The notes beneath the pieces are model-generated. The model did not search any database, was not told the DNA's origin, and worked only from the letters and a program-made list of their open reading frames with translations. 60,307 nt of DNA, from assembly GCA_030324005.1 (NCBI GenBank), contig JARDVH010000140.1:34765178-34825484 (forward strand), read 5' to 3'. Within the stretch, counting starts at the first letter, position 1. Every line of letters starts with the position of its first letter. The position numbers were made by a program, and so were the translations under genes. Shown here piece by piece: positions 37,839 through 49,080 of this stretch. This stretch comes from Negaprion brevirostris (taxonomy: Eukaryota).

Positions 37839-40002
37839 GTGAGTGAAACTTCCTTCAGCAACCGTGATGTAAATTCTACAAATCATGAGTGTACTGGATC
37901 AGAATGGAAGGCTTAGGCAGAATATCCAACTCTTTCACAATCTTCTCTGGCCTTGTACATGTTACGATGCAGAGGTTGGCCCCTTTTGAGAATGCCAAAT
38001 AAGAGGAATACCTCACCTTGTAACCTGTTAAGTGTGTGGGAAGATGTGAACGTTCTTCAGTAACATCTAGCAGNNNNNNNNNNNNNNNNNNNNNNNNNNN
38101 NNNNNNNNNNNNNNNNNNNNNNNNNNNNNNNNNNNNNNNNNNNNNNNNNNNNNNNNNNNNNNNNNNNNNNNNNGCTATACTTGATACCATATCTGGTGCT
38201 ATGGGGACTTGCATCATGTGGCCTTTGGAGTTAGATATTCAAGGAAAAATATCAACAATGCTGGAAGCCATCAGTGATGTCTACCTCCCCTCTGAGTCCC
38301 ATACTCAAACCCTCTGAATCTCTCGTAAGGAGCTTTACTGGGGCAAGTTTTGAACCAGCAGAGCACTCTGAGGCTCAGTGTGATCTCCAAGATAAGATGC
38401 ATTGACACTCTCAAACAATCTGACAACAACCCCCTCCCCCACCCACTCCTCCAGCTCGCCTGTGCACCTTGCTACCCTTCAGCACAGGGACAGGAGGGAC
38501 AGCTGGTCAGTCAATTCAAAATCACCACCAGAAAAATTGACAAGTAGCGTACAATGCAGATTAACAACTGTAAGAGAAATCACAAGTTGCAATGAGACAT
38601 CAACACATACAATAGCAGAAAGGGATGGGAGCTCTCACTCTCCCATTTCCTTCAAAAGGAATTATATTGCACAATAGGAAAGTTCGGGGGTGGGGGCGCG
38701 GCTGTGGTGGGTTGGGGTATAATTTAAGGCTGATAATTCCACCACTCCATTTTCCAAGTAATGACCCCCGCTGTGGAGAGGGCATTGTCCGTTCTGAGGG
38801 GCCACTCTCACCCCTCCGCCGCCTCCCCCCCGCCTCTCAGGTTAGTGTGGGAAGGCCTGTGTTTTATCCACTCTGTGACAAGCTCTCCTGGCATCAGTAC
38901 CTGATGATTATCCTGCTGAAAAATGGCTGTCCNNNNNNNNNNNNNNNNNNNNNNNNNNNNNNNNNNNNNNNNNNNNNNNNNNNNNNNNNNNNNNNNNNNN
39001 NNNNNNNNNNNNNNNNNNNNNNNNNNNNNNNNTACAACATCGCAATGATTCATCCCTCACTAACATAAAGGAGGCTCCTCATGATAACCATTTACTGACA
39101 AGAATTTAACTGACAAATATGCTCAGGAACTGAAACCACACCTGTTTATTTGGTGGCAAGAGTGGCTGGGAATGCTTTTTGAAAAATGATAAATGTGACG
39201 AAACTGGAACTTAGGGTGAAATGCAGCATATAAAGGGGGTTTCTGATTATTTTTGGGATCTGCGATTTTAAAGTGAATTCTCTGTGATTCTTTACTCCAT
39301 TGCCCTGATGCTGCTAAAGTACGATCTCATGGTGGTTGGTCATCCTTTTCCAAGGAATGGCAAGATACTTGACTCTGAAGGGCACTGAAACTGAAACCGC
39401 TGGCATCTTCACCCATATTTTCCAGTGTGGCTGGCTGAATACCAAGCTGGTTGCTGGCGAGGTTCACCCTATCTAACCTCAAACCAACTGAGAAATGCTG
39501 TTCCCATGAGCTGACGATATAAGGACCAGGGGGACACAGATTTAGGGTTTGGTGGAGGGGAGTGTGAGGAAGGACTATTTTACACAGCAAGTGGCAATGA
39601 CCTGAAACTCACTGCTGAAGAGGAAGCGGAAGCAGAAATGATCCATGATTTCAAGAGGAAAGTGGATGAGAACATGAAGGAAATATATTGTGCAGGAATG
39701 AGGGGACATGTCAAGGGGAATGGGACTGACTGGGTTGCTTCATAGCGAGCCAGTATGCAACTGATGGGCCAAATGGCTGCATTGTGTGCTGTAGTGACTC
39801 TAATTCATAACTCTTCCTTTTGATCAGCTAAGTGAATTTAGATAAGGAATCAAACTTGGGGCAGCTTCTCACCTCTCCCAATGCCCAATTCTGGGTGGCT
39901 CAGAACAGAGACAATGAATTGAAATGAGGGAACATCAGGGCAAAAGGTGGAGGTAACTGGTGAAGGCAGTGCGAGGCATAACACAATACAGAAAAATCTC
40001 CC

Positions 40003-40008
40003 TTTATT
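40003..40008 (-). terminator. Candidate fzd9 polyadenylation signal
   Basis: First minus-strand AATAAA I found downstream of the stop, followed by U/GU-rich tttttctgtattgtgttatg. Implies a ~1.55 kb 3'UTR. Confidence 0.4.
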
Positions 40009-41541
40009 ACTCACCACCTAAACATCCCTGCCCCGTGACCTATTGTACAATTTTACTTTTCCACATTGCTATTGGGAAAGAAACGTGAGAAGACTTCAAT
40101 AAAAGAATCAGTAGATAAGGGACCTTCAGTGGTTACAGGACTGTGTGCTAATCCAGAATCTGCATTATCTGTACTCGGCAGAGACATTTTAACAGATTAC
40201 TAATTGACCAAGATTATTCATGGGATACTTAGTGTCAGTATTGTTTCCCTACACTTTAAGACTAGTTTTACTTTCTTCACCTGATAGGGTTAAATATTTT
40301 TCTAAAAGAAATATTCTGGGACAGAAACTGAGAAATAAAAAGTCCTTTGTGCTGAAATGCGAATTACAAGTTAGAAATGTTTTTGTTGGAAGAATGAAGT
40401 GTTTATATGGAAAGTATTAAATGTAAGGGAAAGAAACATTTGAAATTGGTGTGAGTGTAGCCTGCAGAACCAAATAAGCCTCAGTAAAAAGATCATACGG
40501 TTCTCGAATGAGTTGAGGATTTTGTTTTGCTAACTTACTGTCCTCCTCCCCAGAGGGAACAAATTGACCCCATGGTGCCTGTTTCCACAGGTACTGCTGC
40601 CTTGAGTGAGCCCACTACCAGTCCACTGGACAAATGGCCGTTCGTTGGGATCGACTCACCCTCATCCACCCGCCCCTTCCCACCGCTGACAGTAAAAAAG
40701 AGGCATCAACATCTGCTCTTATACAACTGCTGCACTTCTATCAGAGTAACTGAATAGCAGTGAAAAATACCGAGGGCTTGTGTCCACATTTACAGGGATG
40801 CTGAGGCCAACTGTGTGCCGTTGCCCAACTGCCCGACACCACAGATCAAGAATTAACCCCAGGACCTGCTGGTCCTCGTTGCCTTAAATTGCCCTGTATG
40901 GACCTTTCAGTTCGATCAAAGAAACTCTTGTGGCAAAACACCAGGGATTTTTTTAAAAAAAGTATCTTTGGGAATGACTGAGAAATTATTGTAAAAATGT
41001 ATTTAAGATTAAAAAGTAACTTTTAAAAACATTATCAATATTTAGTATTTTTCATTACACGCTTTGATACTGTACACCCCGCAATTTGACAATAAGCTTT
41101 GAAAATGAGACGGTCCCAAGCTGCATGATTGCAAAGAGGGATTGATAACATTTTCCCTTCTACAGGCNNNNNNNNNNGGGGGGGAGGGAGGAAAAAATCC
41201 AGTTTCAGCTCAAAATGAATGAAAACTCTTCCAGCCGTTCTGATCTAAGCAGTGTATGGCTCAGTCTTAGTGATGTTAGAAAGAGACCATCCACTCTCTG
41301 GAAGATTGCTCTCCCCCAGTAACCTACATGACAATAGGTCTTAGGATGGGCATTATCTTAAACCTTTACATGGACTTTACAGGAATTCCTAATCAATCCT
41401 ATAGGTTAAGAGACTTCAGTAATGTGACTATCTGAACTAGTAAATCTTGTGGCCAAAGGGCTGGTCCCTGAGCCTTGTACTGGGTTCTGAGCACACACTG
41501 GCTTGACTGTTCTGCTGCCCCTTTGTTTTACCTGGTCTTAG

Positions 41542-43290
41542 TTACACATGGGTCGGATTGTCCAGGTAAGGGTCTGTTTTGTTCATGTGGACCATAACAG
41601 AAGGTGCCTTGTAGTGGCAGTGGCTGGCAGAGCAGTTGACCCCAGTGCATGGTTTCCCTCGAGTCCTCACCGATAGTTTTCTGCTGCACAAACTCTGCCA
41701 CGTCTGAAGGGTCTTGGAGCTCCAGACCCATATCCCACTGGTGATCCCCACCACCAAGGACATGAAGATCTTTAGCATGAAGACAGCCACAGTTGGCACT
41801 GAGGTGTCCAAAGTGCAGTCCAGGATCCTTCTCCCTGGATAGGCAAGGCAAGGCAGCTCAGAGGCCAGCACTTTCCAATAATCCATGTTCAACCTTTCGT
41901 AGAAATAGCAGACAATGACACAAGTGGCCGGGACGGTGTAAAGGATGGAGAAGACCCCGATCTTCACCATCAACTTCTCCAACTTCTCCGTGTTGGTGCC
42001 CCCAGTCTTCATGATCCTGCGGATGTGAAACAGAGCCACAAAGCCGGTCAGGATGAAGGAGGTCCCTATCACCAAATAACAGGACAGAGGAATAAGCACA
42101 AAGCCAGTCAGAGCATTCACGTCCATGCTGCCCACATAACATAGCCCGGTCAACTCATCACCTGCTACCTTCCTCATAGTCAGGATAATAATGGTCTTCA
42201 TGGCTGGAACCCCCCAGGCAGCCATGTGGAAATAGCTGCTGTGGGCTTCAATGGCCTCGTGGCCCCACTTCTTGCCTGCGGCCAAGAACCAGGTTAAGGT
42301 CAGGATGACCCACCACAGGGAGCTGGCCATGCCAAAATAGTAGAGGATGAGGAAGACGATGGTGCAGCCTGTACTCTCCAAGCCTTCCTGGATGACATAT
42401 AACTCTCCATTCTCCCGGTCACAGGCAATGTTTTCAGCCCCAGCTACCGAGCGAATGATGAAGGCCACTGAGTAGACATTGTAACACATGGACAGGAAGA
42501 TGATGGGTCTCTCTGGATACTGGAAACGGTGAGGATCCAGCAGGAAGGTTAGCACAGTGAAGGCAGTGGAGACAAAGCAGAGCGTGGACCAAACGGCCAT
42601 CCAGATGAAGGCAAAGTCTTTGTCCCCCTTGGACCAGTAGACATCCACCCCTGGGGAGCACTTGGGGGCACAGCTCAGGCTCTTCTCCACATACTGGAAC
42701 TTGTCAGGGTTGGCACAGGAGCCAAGCGGCCCTGGGTTCCTGCCATCAGCTGCCCCGGGCAGCCTGGCTCTGGGTGCTACGGGCAGCATGCCCTGTCCTC
42801 TCTGCGGCTCGCCAGTCGCATTCTCAGGGGCTTCCATGCACAGGGCATTGGGGTCGTTCCTGGTGGGCAGTTTGCTGCAGTCCAGAGACTCAGGCCAGCC
42901 GAAGTTGAACTGTGCCATGATGGGGGCACAGCGCTGGCGGGCTTGCTCACACATGGGTCTGCAGGCTGGGATGGAGGTGGACACTTGGTCAGTGCACATG
43001 GGGGCATAGAGGGAGCAGAGGAAGAGGCGGAGGTGGATGTGACAGCCGTATTCCACCAGCGGGGCAAACTCGTGCAGTTTGATGGCAGCCTCCCGTTGGT
43101 TCTGGTGCCCCATGTAGTTGGGCATTCGGGTCATGTTGTAGCCGATCCCCAGACACATGGGGATCTCGATCGGCTCGCACTTGGCCTCTCTGCCCCTCTC
43201 GTGGTCGATCGAGCCGATTCCCCGGCAGATCCCCAGCAGCATGGATTGGCAGAGGAGGACCAGGGAGATCCGGCGAAGGAAGCGCCCCAT
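41542..43290 (-). CDS. fzd9: Frizzled-9, Wnt receptor, single coding exon, 582 aa
   Basis: Intact ORF with signal peptide, 10-Cys CRD (CEPIEIPMC...CSLYAPMCTDQVSTSIPACRPMCEQAR...LCMEAP), 7-TM frizzled domain (YPERPIIFLSMCY, WWVILTLTWFLAAG) and KTLQTW (KTxxxW). LPTRNDP, GMLPVAPR, KFQYVEKS, KTGGTNTEKLEKLMVKIG and the tail HCHYKAP...KTDPYLDNPTHV match FZD9 rather than FZD10. Strong Kozak context (agaATGG). Confidence 0.96.
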   Translation of the reverse strand: MGRFLRRISLVLLCQSMLLGICRGIGSIDHERGREAKCEPIEIPMCLGIGYNMTRMPNYMGHQNQREAAIKLHEFAPLVEYGCHIHLRLFLCSLYAPMCTDQVSTSIPACRPMCEQARQRCAPIMAQFNFGWPESLDCSKLPTRNDPNALCMEAPENATGEPQRGQGMLPVAPRARLPGAADGRNPGPLGSCANPDKFQYVEKSLSCAPKCSPGVDVYWSKGDKDFAFIWMAVWSTLCFVSTAFTVLTFLLDPHRFQYPERPIIFLSMCYNVYSVAFIIRSVAGAENIACDRENGELYVIQEGLESTGCTIVFLILYYFGMASSLWWVILTLTWFLAAGKKWGHEAIEAHSSYFHMAAWGVPAMKTIIILTMRKVAGDELTGLCYVGSMDVNALTGFVLIPLSCYLVIGTSFILTGFVALFHIRRIMKTGGTNTEKLEKLMVKIGVFSILYTVPATCVIVCYFYERLNMDYWKVLASELPCLAYPGRRILDCTLDTSVPTVAVFMLKIFMSLVVGITSGIWVWSSKTLQTWQSLCSRKLSVRTRGKPCTGVNCSASHCHYKAPSVMVHMNKTDPYLDNPTHV

Positions 43291-43589
43291 TCTTGCAGCG
43301 GAGCCTGGCTGGGTAGAGTCTCACCCTGACATCTCCCCCTGGGCAGCAGCAGCAAGCGGGCAAGCTCAGCAATCCCAGTCCCAGCAGAGTTTGTCAAAGT
43401 TTCCAGAGCAGATTCCACAATGCTGGTTTGGAAGCTCCAGAGCGCTGCTCCGGCTCCGCAATGGCTCTGCAGTTTCTCCTGCTGTTGTTTCTCACTCTCT
43501 CACAGGGAGACTGTCCCCACTCCTCCACTCTGGCTCTTTGTTGGACAGTAGCTGTCTCTCGGCAGTCCCAGGGAGTTTGATCAGCGCTC

Positions 43590-43810
43590 ACACACACAGG
43601 GGAGGCTTTAACACTGGATGCTCACTCCCCTCCTGACTGCAGGCACTCAGCACAAACCCATTCTGCCTACTGCACCATGGGGGGGGTGGGTAAAGGGGGG
43701 AGTGGGTGGGAGCTGCCACCCCAGNNNNNNNNNNCTCTCACCTCCCCCCCCCACCCCGGATATCATTGGCCAGCCCCTCTGCCACTCAGGCAGGAAGGGC
43801 GGGGCTGTCA
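43590..43810 (-). promoter_or_regulatory. Probable fzd9 proximal promoter
   Basis: CCAAT on minus strand (attgg 43765-43769), GC box gggcgggg 43797-43804, G/C-run-rich, 300-500 bp upstream of the ATG. TSS not determinable. Confidence 0.55.
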
Positions 43811-46234
43811 GCTATATGTTGAGCAGATAGTCAGAGACTGAGCTGCAGACTCTCTCCCACTTACTGTCACCCCCTATTGTCGGTGCAAGCTTCAAACCAG
43901 CAAGGGGGGGGGGGGAGCGGGGGGTGGAGGATGTATTCTACACAGCCCATAATTCACCCAAAATGTTGGCAATGTACATCATGAAATTCACAGCTTGAAA
44001 TTTACCCTGTGAAATACCCCACCGTTTCCACTTTGTTTTACAAGTTCTTACCTGCAGGGCAGCATGCACACACCCTCCTTATTCAGTTCCTATTCTAATT
44101 CGGCAGGATAAAAGATCATTCTGCCCTCCCCAGCGATAAAGTCTAGGTACAGAGGTTAGATGCAGAAAAATTCTAATCAGCCATCTGCCCCCTCCCCTGT
44201 GAAGATAAATCTCCGGCAAGTTAGTCACACGGAGCTGTGGGGTGGTGGGAACTCGTACAGGTTTTGCTTTCAGTCAAAGTAAATACACACAACACAAAAA
44301 AATCAAATAGCCATGAATTGACTCGAATGTAATTTTTTCACAAATCATTTCACCCGAATCTTTGACAATGTGCCGGAAATGAAGGATTGACCTTTTTTAA
44401 TACTGTAAAATATAGCTGCTTTAAGAAATAATTTAAAGGTTTTTAAAAAAAGGTTGGATCTTTGTGCAGTCGAAGTTGCCCCATGGATAGGAGTTCAGGA
44501 TCTGGATGATTAGTTAAAAACCTTACCAAGATGCGCCCTCTACAGTACTCTTCCCAAATCCATTCTTTACTGTGGTCTTTACTGATCAAACCTGCCCCTC
44601 TCGTTTAAAATGTTGCCAAGACAGATAAATAAACTGCCAACTTCCCCACTGCAGACATTAACAGAGACGCTATTTCCAGCACTTTGTGTTTTTATTTTAG
44701 ATTTCCACCACTTGCTGTTTTCCTGTTTCCACGCAGTTGTGTAATTATTTAACATTTCCCCACAATCTGGTGTTATTTTCAAATTCCAGTCTCACTTTAA
44801 ACTTTATTTGGAAACAGACTGTTGTTTGTGCTGCTGTTGCTGTGACCTCCGGGGCTGCTGTTTTTTTTCAAAGATGTCAATTCTGTCAGAATGGGCCAGT
44901 CTCCTTTCATTCTCCTTTCAATCCCTGTCACTAAGGGGGCCGTCCTTAAAGAAGCGCCGAAGAATTAAAAAGGAGCTGTGAATGCCATTAGCTCGCTTTC
45001 CAAAAAGTCTTTTCACCTCTGCAAAGGGTACAACAAGAGGCGATTGGACACAATGACAAAAAAGGATGGAACCCCGGCGAGAGAGTGAGGGGAAGGAGCT
45101 GCGGATTTGGGGCAGATCTTTGCGCCGCTGCATTTGTCTCTCTCTCTCTCTCTTTCAAAGTGCTTCTATTCTCAGCCTCACTGCCGCCTTTCATTCAAAC
45201 AATGCCCTGCCCTTTTTGAGCTGAAAGTAGGAATATTAGGAATAAAAGGAATTCTCAGTCTATCAGCCGTATTCTCCCAGTCTTTCCATTATTGACCTGT
45301 CTGTCTATCTCTGTCTATCTATCTATCTGTGTCGGTTTGTCTAATTTTTTTACATGCTATAACTGTTCAGCAGGCTATCTCTGCAACTGTGTTTCTTCTA
45401 TGGCTCTAGCTCTGTCTCTTTTTATGCTGGTTTATCTGTACCGTGCTCTTTTATCTCTGTTCTCTTTTGTTCAGCCTTTAACTATATCTTTCACTCTTAT
45501 TTGTCCTCCCCCTCTCTCTCTCTGTTCTTCGACGTTGCCAATTTTACCTGTTCTGTGTTTCTCTCTCTGGGGATTATTCCAGCTGTACTCCCTGTTCCTG
45601 AGGATTGCACTGAATTTTTATGTTGAGGACAGTGGGCACGTTAAAGGTAAATAACAAGTAAAAGTGAAATCTAATACATTTGTACATACCTGTGTTTATA
45701 CAGATATAAATGTGTAATATACACACACACACAAACATGAATGTGAGCTTTTGTATGTTGTTTATGATGGGTCCAGTAACGTGCTGAATTGAATAACAGA
45801 AAGGGAGATTTTCCGTTTCAGCATGTCGAGAATATATCTCGGGAATTTGCAGACTGCTAGCCCATGATTTCAGTCCATTTGGTTTAATGGTACCTTGGCT
45901 TGCAGAGATGAGAGTAAAGTCATTGAACCGCTGCTCCCGGTGGTGAGGCATGGTGTAGTGGATTATTAGTCCTCACACTAATTGTCCATCTCTTTGTGTG
46001 GCTGAGTGGGAACAGCAGGCCCGTACAGAGCTGAACCCAGCCAAACATTGGGTTCAGNNNNNNNNNNTAGAGTCAGTAGCGTTTTGTGTTCAGACTAGTG
46101 CAGCTACTGACACAGAAAGCCTATCAGTTGAGAATTTAGACATTGATGTTCAAAAGCTGGGAGCTAGTGGAGGTGATTGCTGCCTTTGGGAACCATAGGA
46201 TCTCTACAGAGGTCATTCAGCCCATGGAGTCTGC

Positions 46235-46665
46235 ACCCTGTGTCTGGAACCAGCTGTCAGAGGTAGTAGAGGCAGGTACAATTTTGTCTTCTAAAAAGCC
46301 ATTAGACAATTACATGGATAGGATGGGTAAAGAGATATGGGCCAAATGCAGGCAATTGGGTTAAAAAAGGGAGGCATGGACAAGTTGGCTGAAGGGTCTG
46401 TTTCCATGCTGTAAATCTCTATGACTCTACAAAACAGCATCCCACCTAGGCCTTCCCCTTCCCCTCCTAACTCCATGCATTTAGCATGGCCAATCCAACA
46501 AACCTGCACATTTTTAGACTGTGGGAGGAAACTAGAACACCCAGAAGAAACCCACATAGACATGGAGAGAGCATGCAAACCCCACACAGGCAGTGGTCTA
46601 AGAGTGGAATTGAACCTGGCACTGAGAGGCAGCAGTGCTAACCATTCTACCTACAGTGCCTCCTG
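46235..46665. mobile_element. CR1 3' fragment (+) adjoining an HE1-type SINE (-)
   Basis: VWNQLSEVVEAGTILSSKKPLDNYMDR, followed by reverse-complement SINE core. Confidence 0.75.
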
Positions 46666-46754
46666 GGCAGACTGAGAGGATGGAACAAGCCATCTCTATT
46701 CATAATGGTTTTTTAATAAAATTATTCCTTCCTCAGACTTACAAAACCAATGTG

Positions 46755-47172
46755 CAGAGTGAATCTTGATCTCTAGAGAAAATATGAATTCCATCATACA
46801 TAACTGGTAAGACAATTGAAAATGTTTTTAATGTGTCTTTAGATTTTATATAACACATACTTTCGCAAAAAGAATCCACGTGTAATCACTGATCTTCTGA
46901 ACTTAGATTTTGTGTGTCCCTTTTGTGGAGAGCATGAATCCACCTCCACACTTGCTCCAAAAATGAATTCAAATTCAAATTGAATCCAGTTCATGGTCTC
47001 CACAGAAGAGACACAGAAAATGTAAGTTCAGAAGATCAGTGATTACAGTTGGATTCTTATTGCAAAAGTATGTGTTATATAAAATCTAAAGACACATTAA
47101 AACATTTTCAATTGTCTTACCAGTTATGTATGATGATATTCATATTTTCTCTGGAGATCAAGATTCACTCTG
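46755..47172. repeat. Long foldback inverted repeat, arms 46755-46938 and 46990-47172, ~51 nt loop
   Basis: cagagtgaatcttgatctc...gtggagagcatgaa is the near reverse complement of ttcatggtctccac...gagatcaagattcactctg. Confidence 0.95.
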
Positions 47173-48440
47173 AGGTGCTTTAGTTCACTAATGAGAATAT
47201 TAAGTGTATTTCAGTCTTTTTATTACAGTATAAAATTTTTCACAAGCTATATACATGGGTTATGCTGCATTCTGAGATAGTTCAATTTTGTTACACACAG
47301 TCAGAATTAAACATGCAGTCCAAGGGTGTTTTACCCAGTTCCTAGCCCCTTGATCTACATTGGCTGAAAGGCCTCCTTACACAGTGACCTTTACCCATTG
47401 CACCTTGGTGACAGTTGCCCCAACCGTGAGTACGTCTCTCAGCACTTAGTCCTGGATCTTGGAATGCCAGTCTGCAAAAGTTGATCAAGGACAATTCTTT
47501 ACACTGGAAGTTCAACAAGTTTTGGGAAGACTAAAGAGCTTCTTTCACTGAGTTGATGACCCTCCAGCAGCAGTTGATGTTTGTTTGGGTGTGAGTCCTT
47601 GGGAACAAATGGTAGAGCACAGAGTCCCGTGTCACAGAGCTGCCCGGGATGAACCTTGACAAATACCATTGTGTCTCTCTGCTGACTGTCTTTGCAAAGG
47701 CACATTCCACAAGGACGTGTGTGACTGTCCCTACCTCCTCCTCCTCCCCCCCACCCCCTGCAGCCATGTCGAGAGGGTACGGTGGTATAAAAACTTCAGG
47801 CCTGCATGAAAGATCTGGCGGGAAGTGCCCTTCTCACCACCAGCCAAGCTGGGTCTAGGTGCTTGTTTGAAAGTTCTGGTGATGAGGCGTTCTGCTAAAT
47901 GACTGTGACAGTTTGCTCAGAGAACCACCCAACAGGATCCACCACCTCCTTTTCCCTCGAGGCATTATGTGCAGATCATTAATGATCGCCTTGTGGTCAA
48001 AAAGATTTCCTGAATAAATGTTTCATAGAAACATTGAATTCCTACAGTGCCAAAGGAGGCCATTTGGCCCATTGAACCTGTACTAACAACAATCCCACCC
48101 AGGCCCATCCCTGTAACCCCATGTATTTACCTCTGTTAATCTGTTAATCCCCCTGACGCTAAGGGGTAATTTATCACGGCCAATCCACCTAACCCACACA
48201 TCTTTGGACAGTGGGAGGAAACTGAAGCACCCGGAGGAAACCTACGCAGACATGGGGAGAATGTGCAAACTCCAAACAGACAGTGACCTGGGGCCGGAAT
48301 TGAACCCGGTCCCTGGCACTGTGATGCACCTGTGCTAACCACAGTGTCATCGTGCTGTTCATCATTTCCATGACAGACTGGCAATACAGCACGGTCCAAG
48401 TACTTGGAGTGTTTCACGACAGAGTGGCCAGACCCATGCT
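47055..48440 (-). mobile_element. Tx1-clade (Keno-like) non-LTR retrotransposon, ORF2 C-terminus and 3'UTR, interrupted by a SINE
   Basis: Remnants GLATLS*NTPSTWTV, REKEVVDPVGWFSEQTVTVI*QNASSPELSNKHLDPAWLVVRRALP, TVTHVLVECAFAKTV..ETQWYLSRFIP (zf-RVT-like region) and INCCWRVINSVKEAL. Confidence 0.8.
48024..48356 (-). mobile_element. HE1-type SINE inserted in the Tx1 element
   Basis: Reverse complement of the full SINE; Tx1 reading resumes on both sides. Confidence 0.88.
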
Positions 48441-48964
48441 TAGCAAGCACACCTGATCTCATACTTGATCCTACGATTGATTTGACTTCCTGGGGATGGG
48501 CACTGCAAGCATTTCCCTTTGCACTCCCATTGGCTCTGGTCCTAGCCATTTCTCAGTCAGTCCAGCTACAGCCCCAACCATGGGCCTGAGTCTGCTGCTG
48601 TTTTGAGAGTAAATGCTTCAGGACATTGGTCACCCAGGGTGTGAACCATATGGATGGCATGGATTCAGGTGTTGCCTGTGGCATTCTTTCATTTGGTAAG
48701 GCAGGGCCTCATTCTGGCATGACTGGCTGCGCTGCTTTCGACAGGGGGCCAATGGGCCAGGGAGGTGCCCTGGCCTTTTGTTCTCTCCGTGTCCTCTTCT
48801 CTGCTAGCTGAACTGTTAGTTTCTGCATGCTTTTTCCAATGCTCTTCCAAACAGTCAGCCTCCAGAGGTCACAGCCATCAGCATCCGTCTCCTAGTTGTC
48901 AGTGTCAATATCCACCACCTTCAGGTCTGGCTTGCAGGTTTCTTTACAATGGAAGTTTGGGTGG

Positions 48965-49080
48965 CCTGAGGTGGTGACCCAGTGCCCAGTTCGTTGTATG
49001 GAAGGTCTTTGAGAACACAGCCATCATCCATCTGATGAACGTGTCTGAGCCAGTGCAGACATTGTTGGTATAGTAATGAG
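48965..49080 (-). mobile_element. RTE-type LINE fragment
   Basis: QQCLHWLRHVHQMDDGCVLKDLPYNELGTGS fits RTE R.RW.GHV.RM.D.R.PK..LYGEL. Confidence 0.7.

Noticed and set aside
1..41500. BAZ1B or FKBP6 exons expected from mammalian synteny
   Set aside because: No bromodomain, PHD or FKBP/TPR peptide recognised in any frame; short or gap-hidden exons cannot be excluded.
41528..43636. Alternative-frame and antisense ORFs overlapping fzd9
   Set aside because: Expected shadows of a GC-rich CDS; no recognisable domains.
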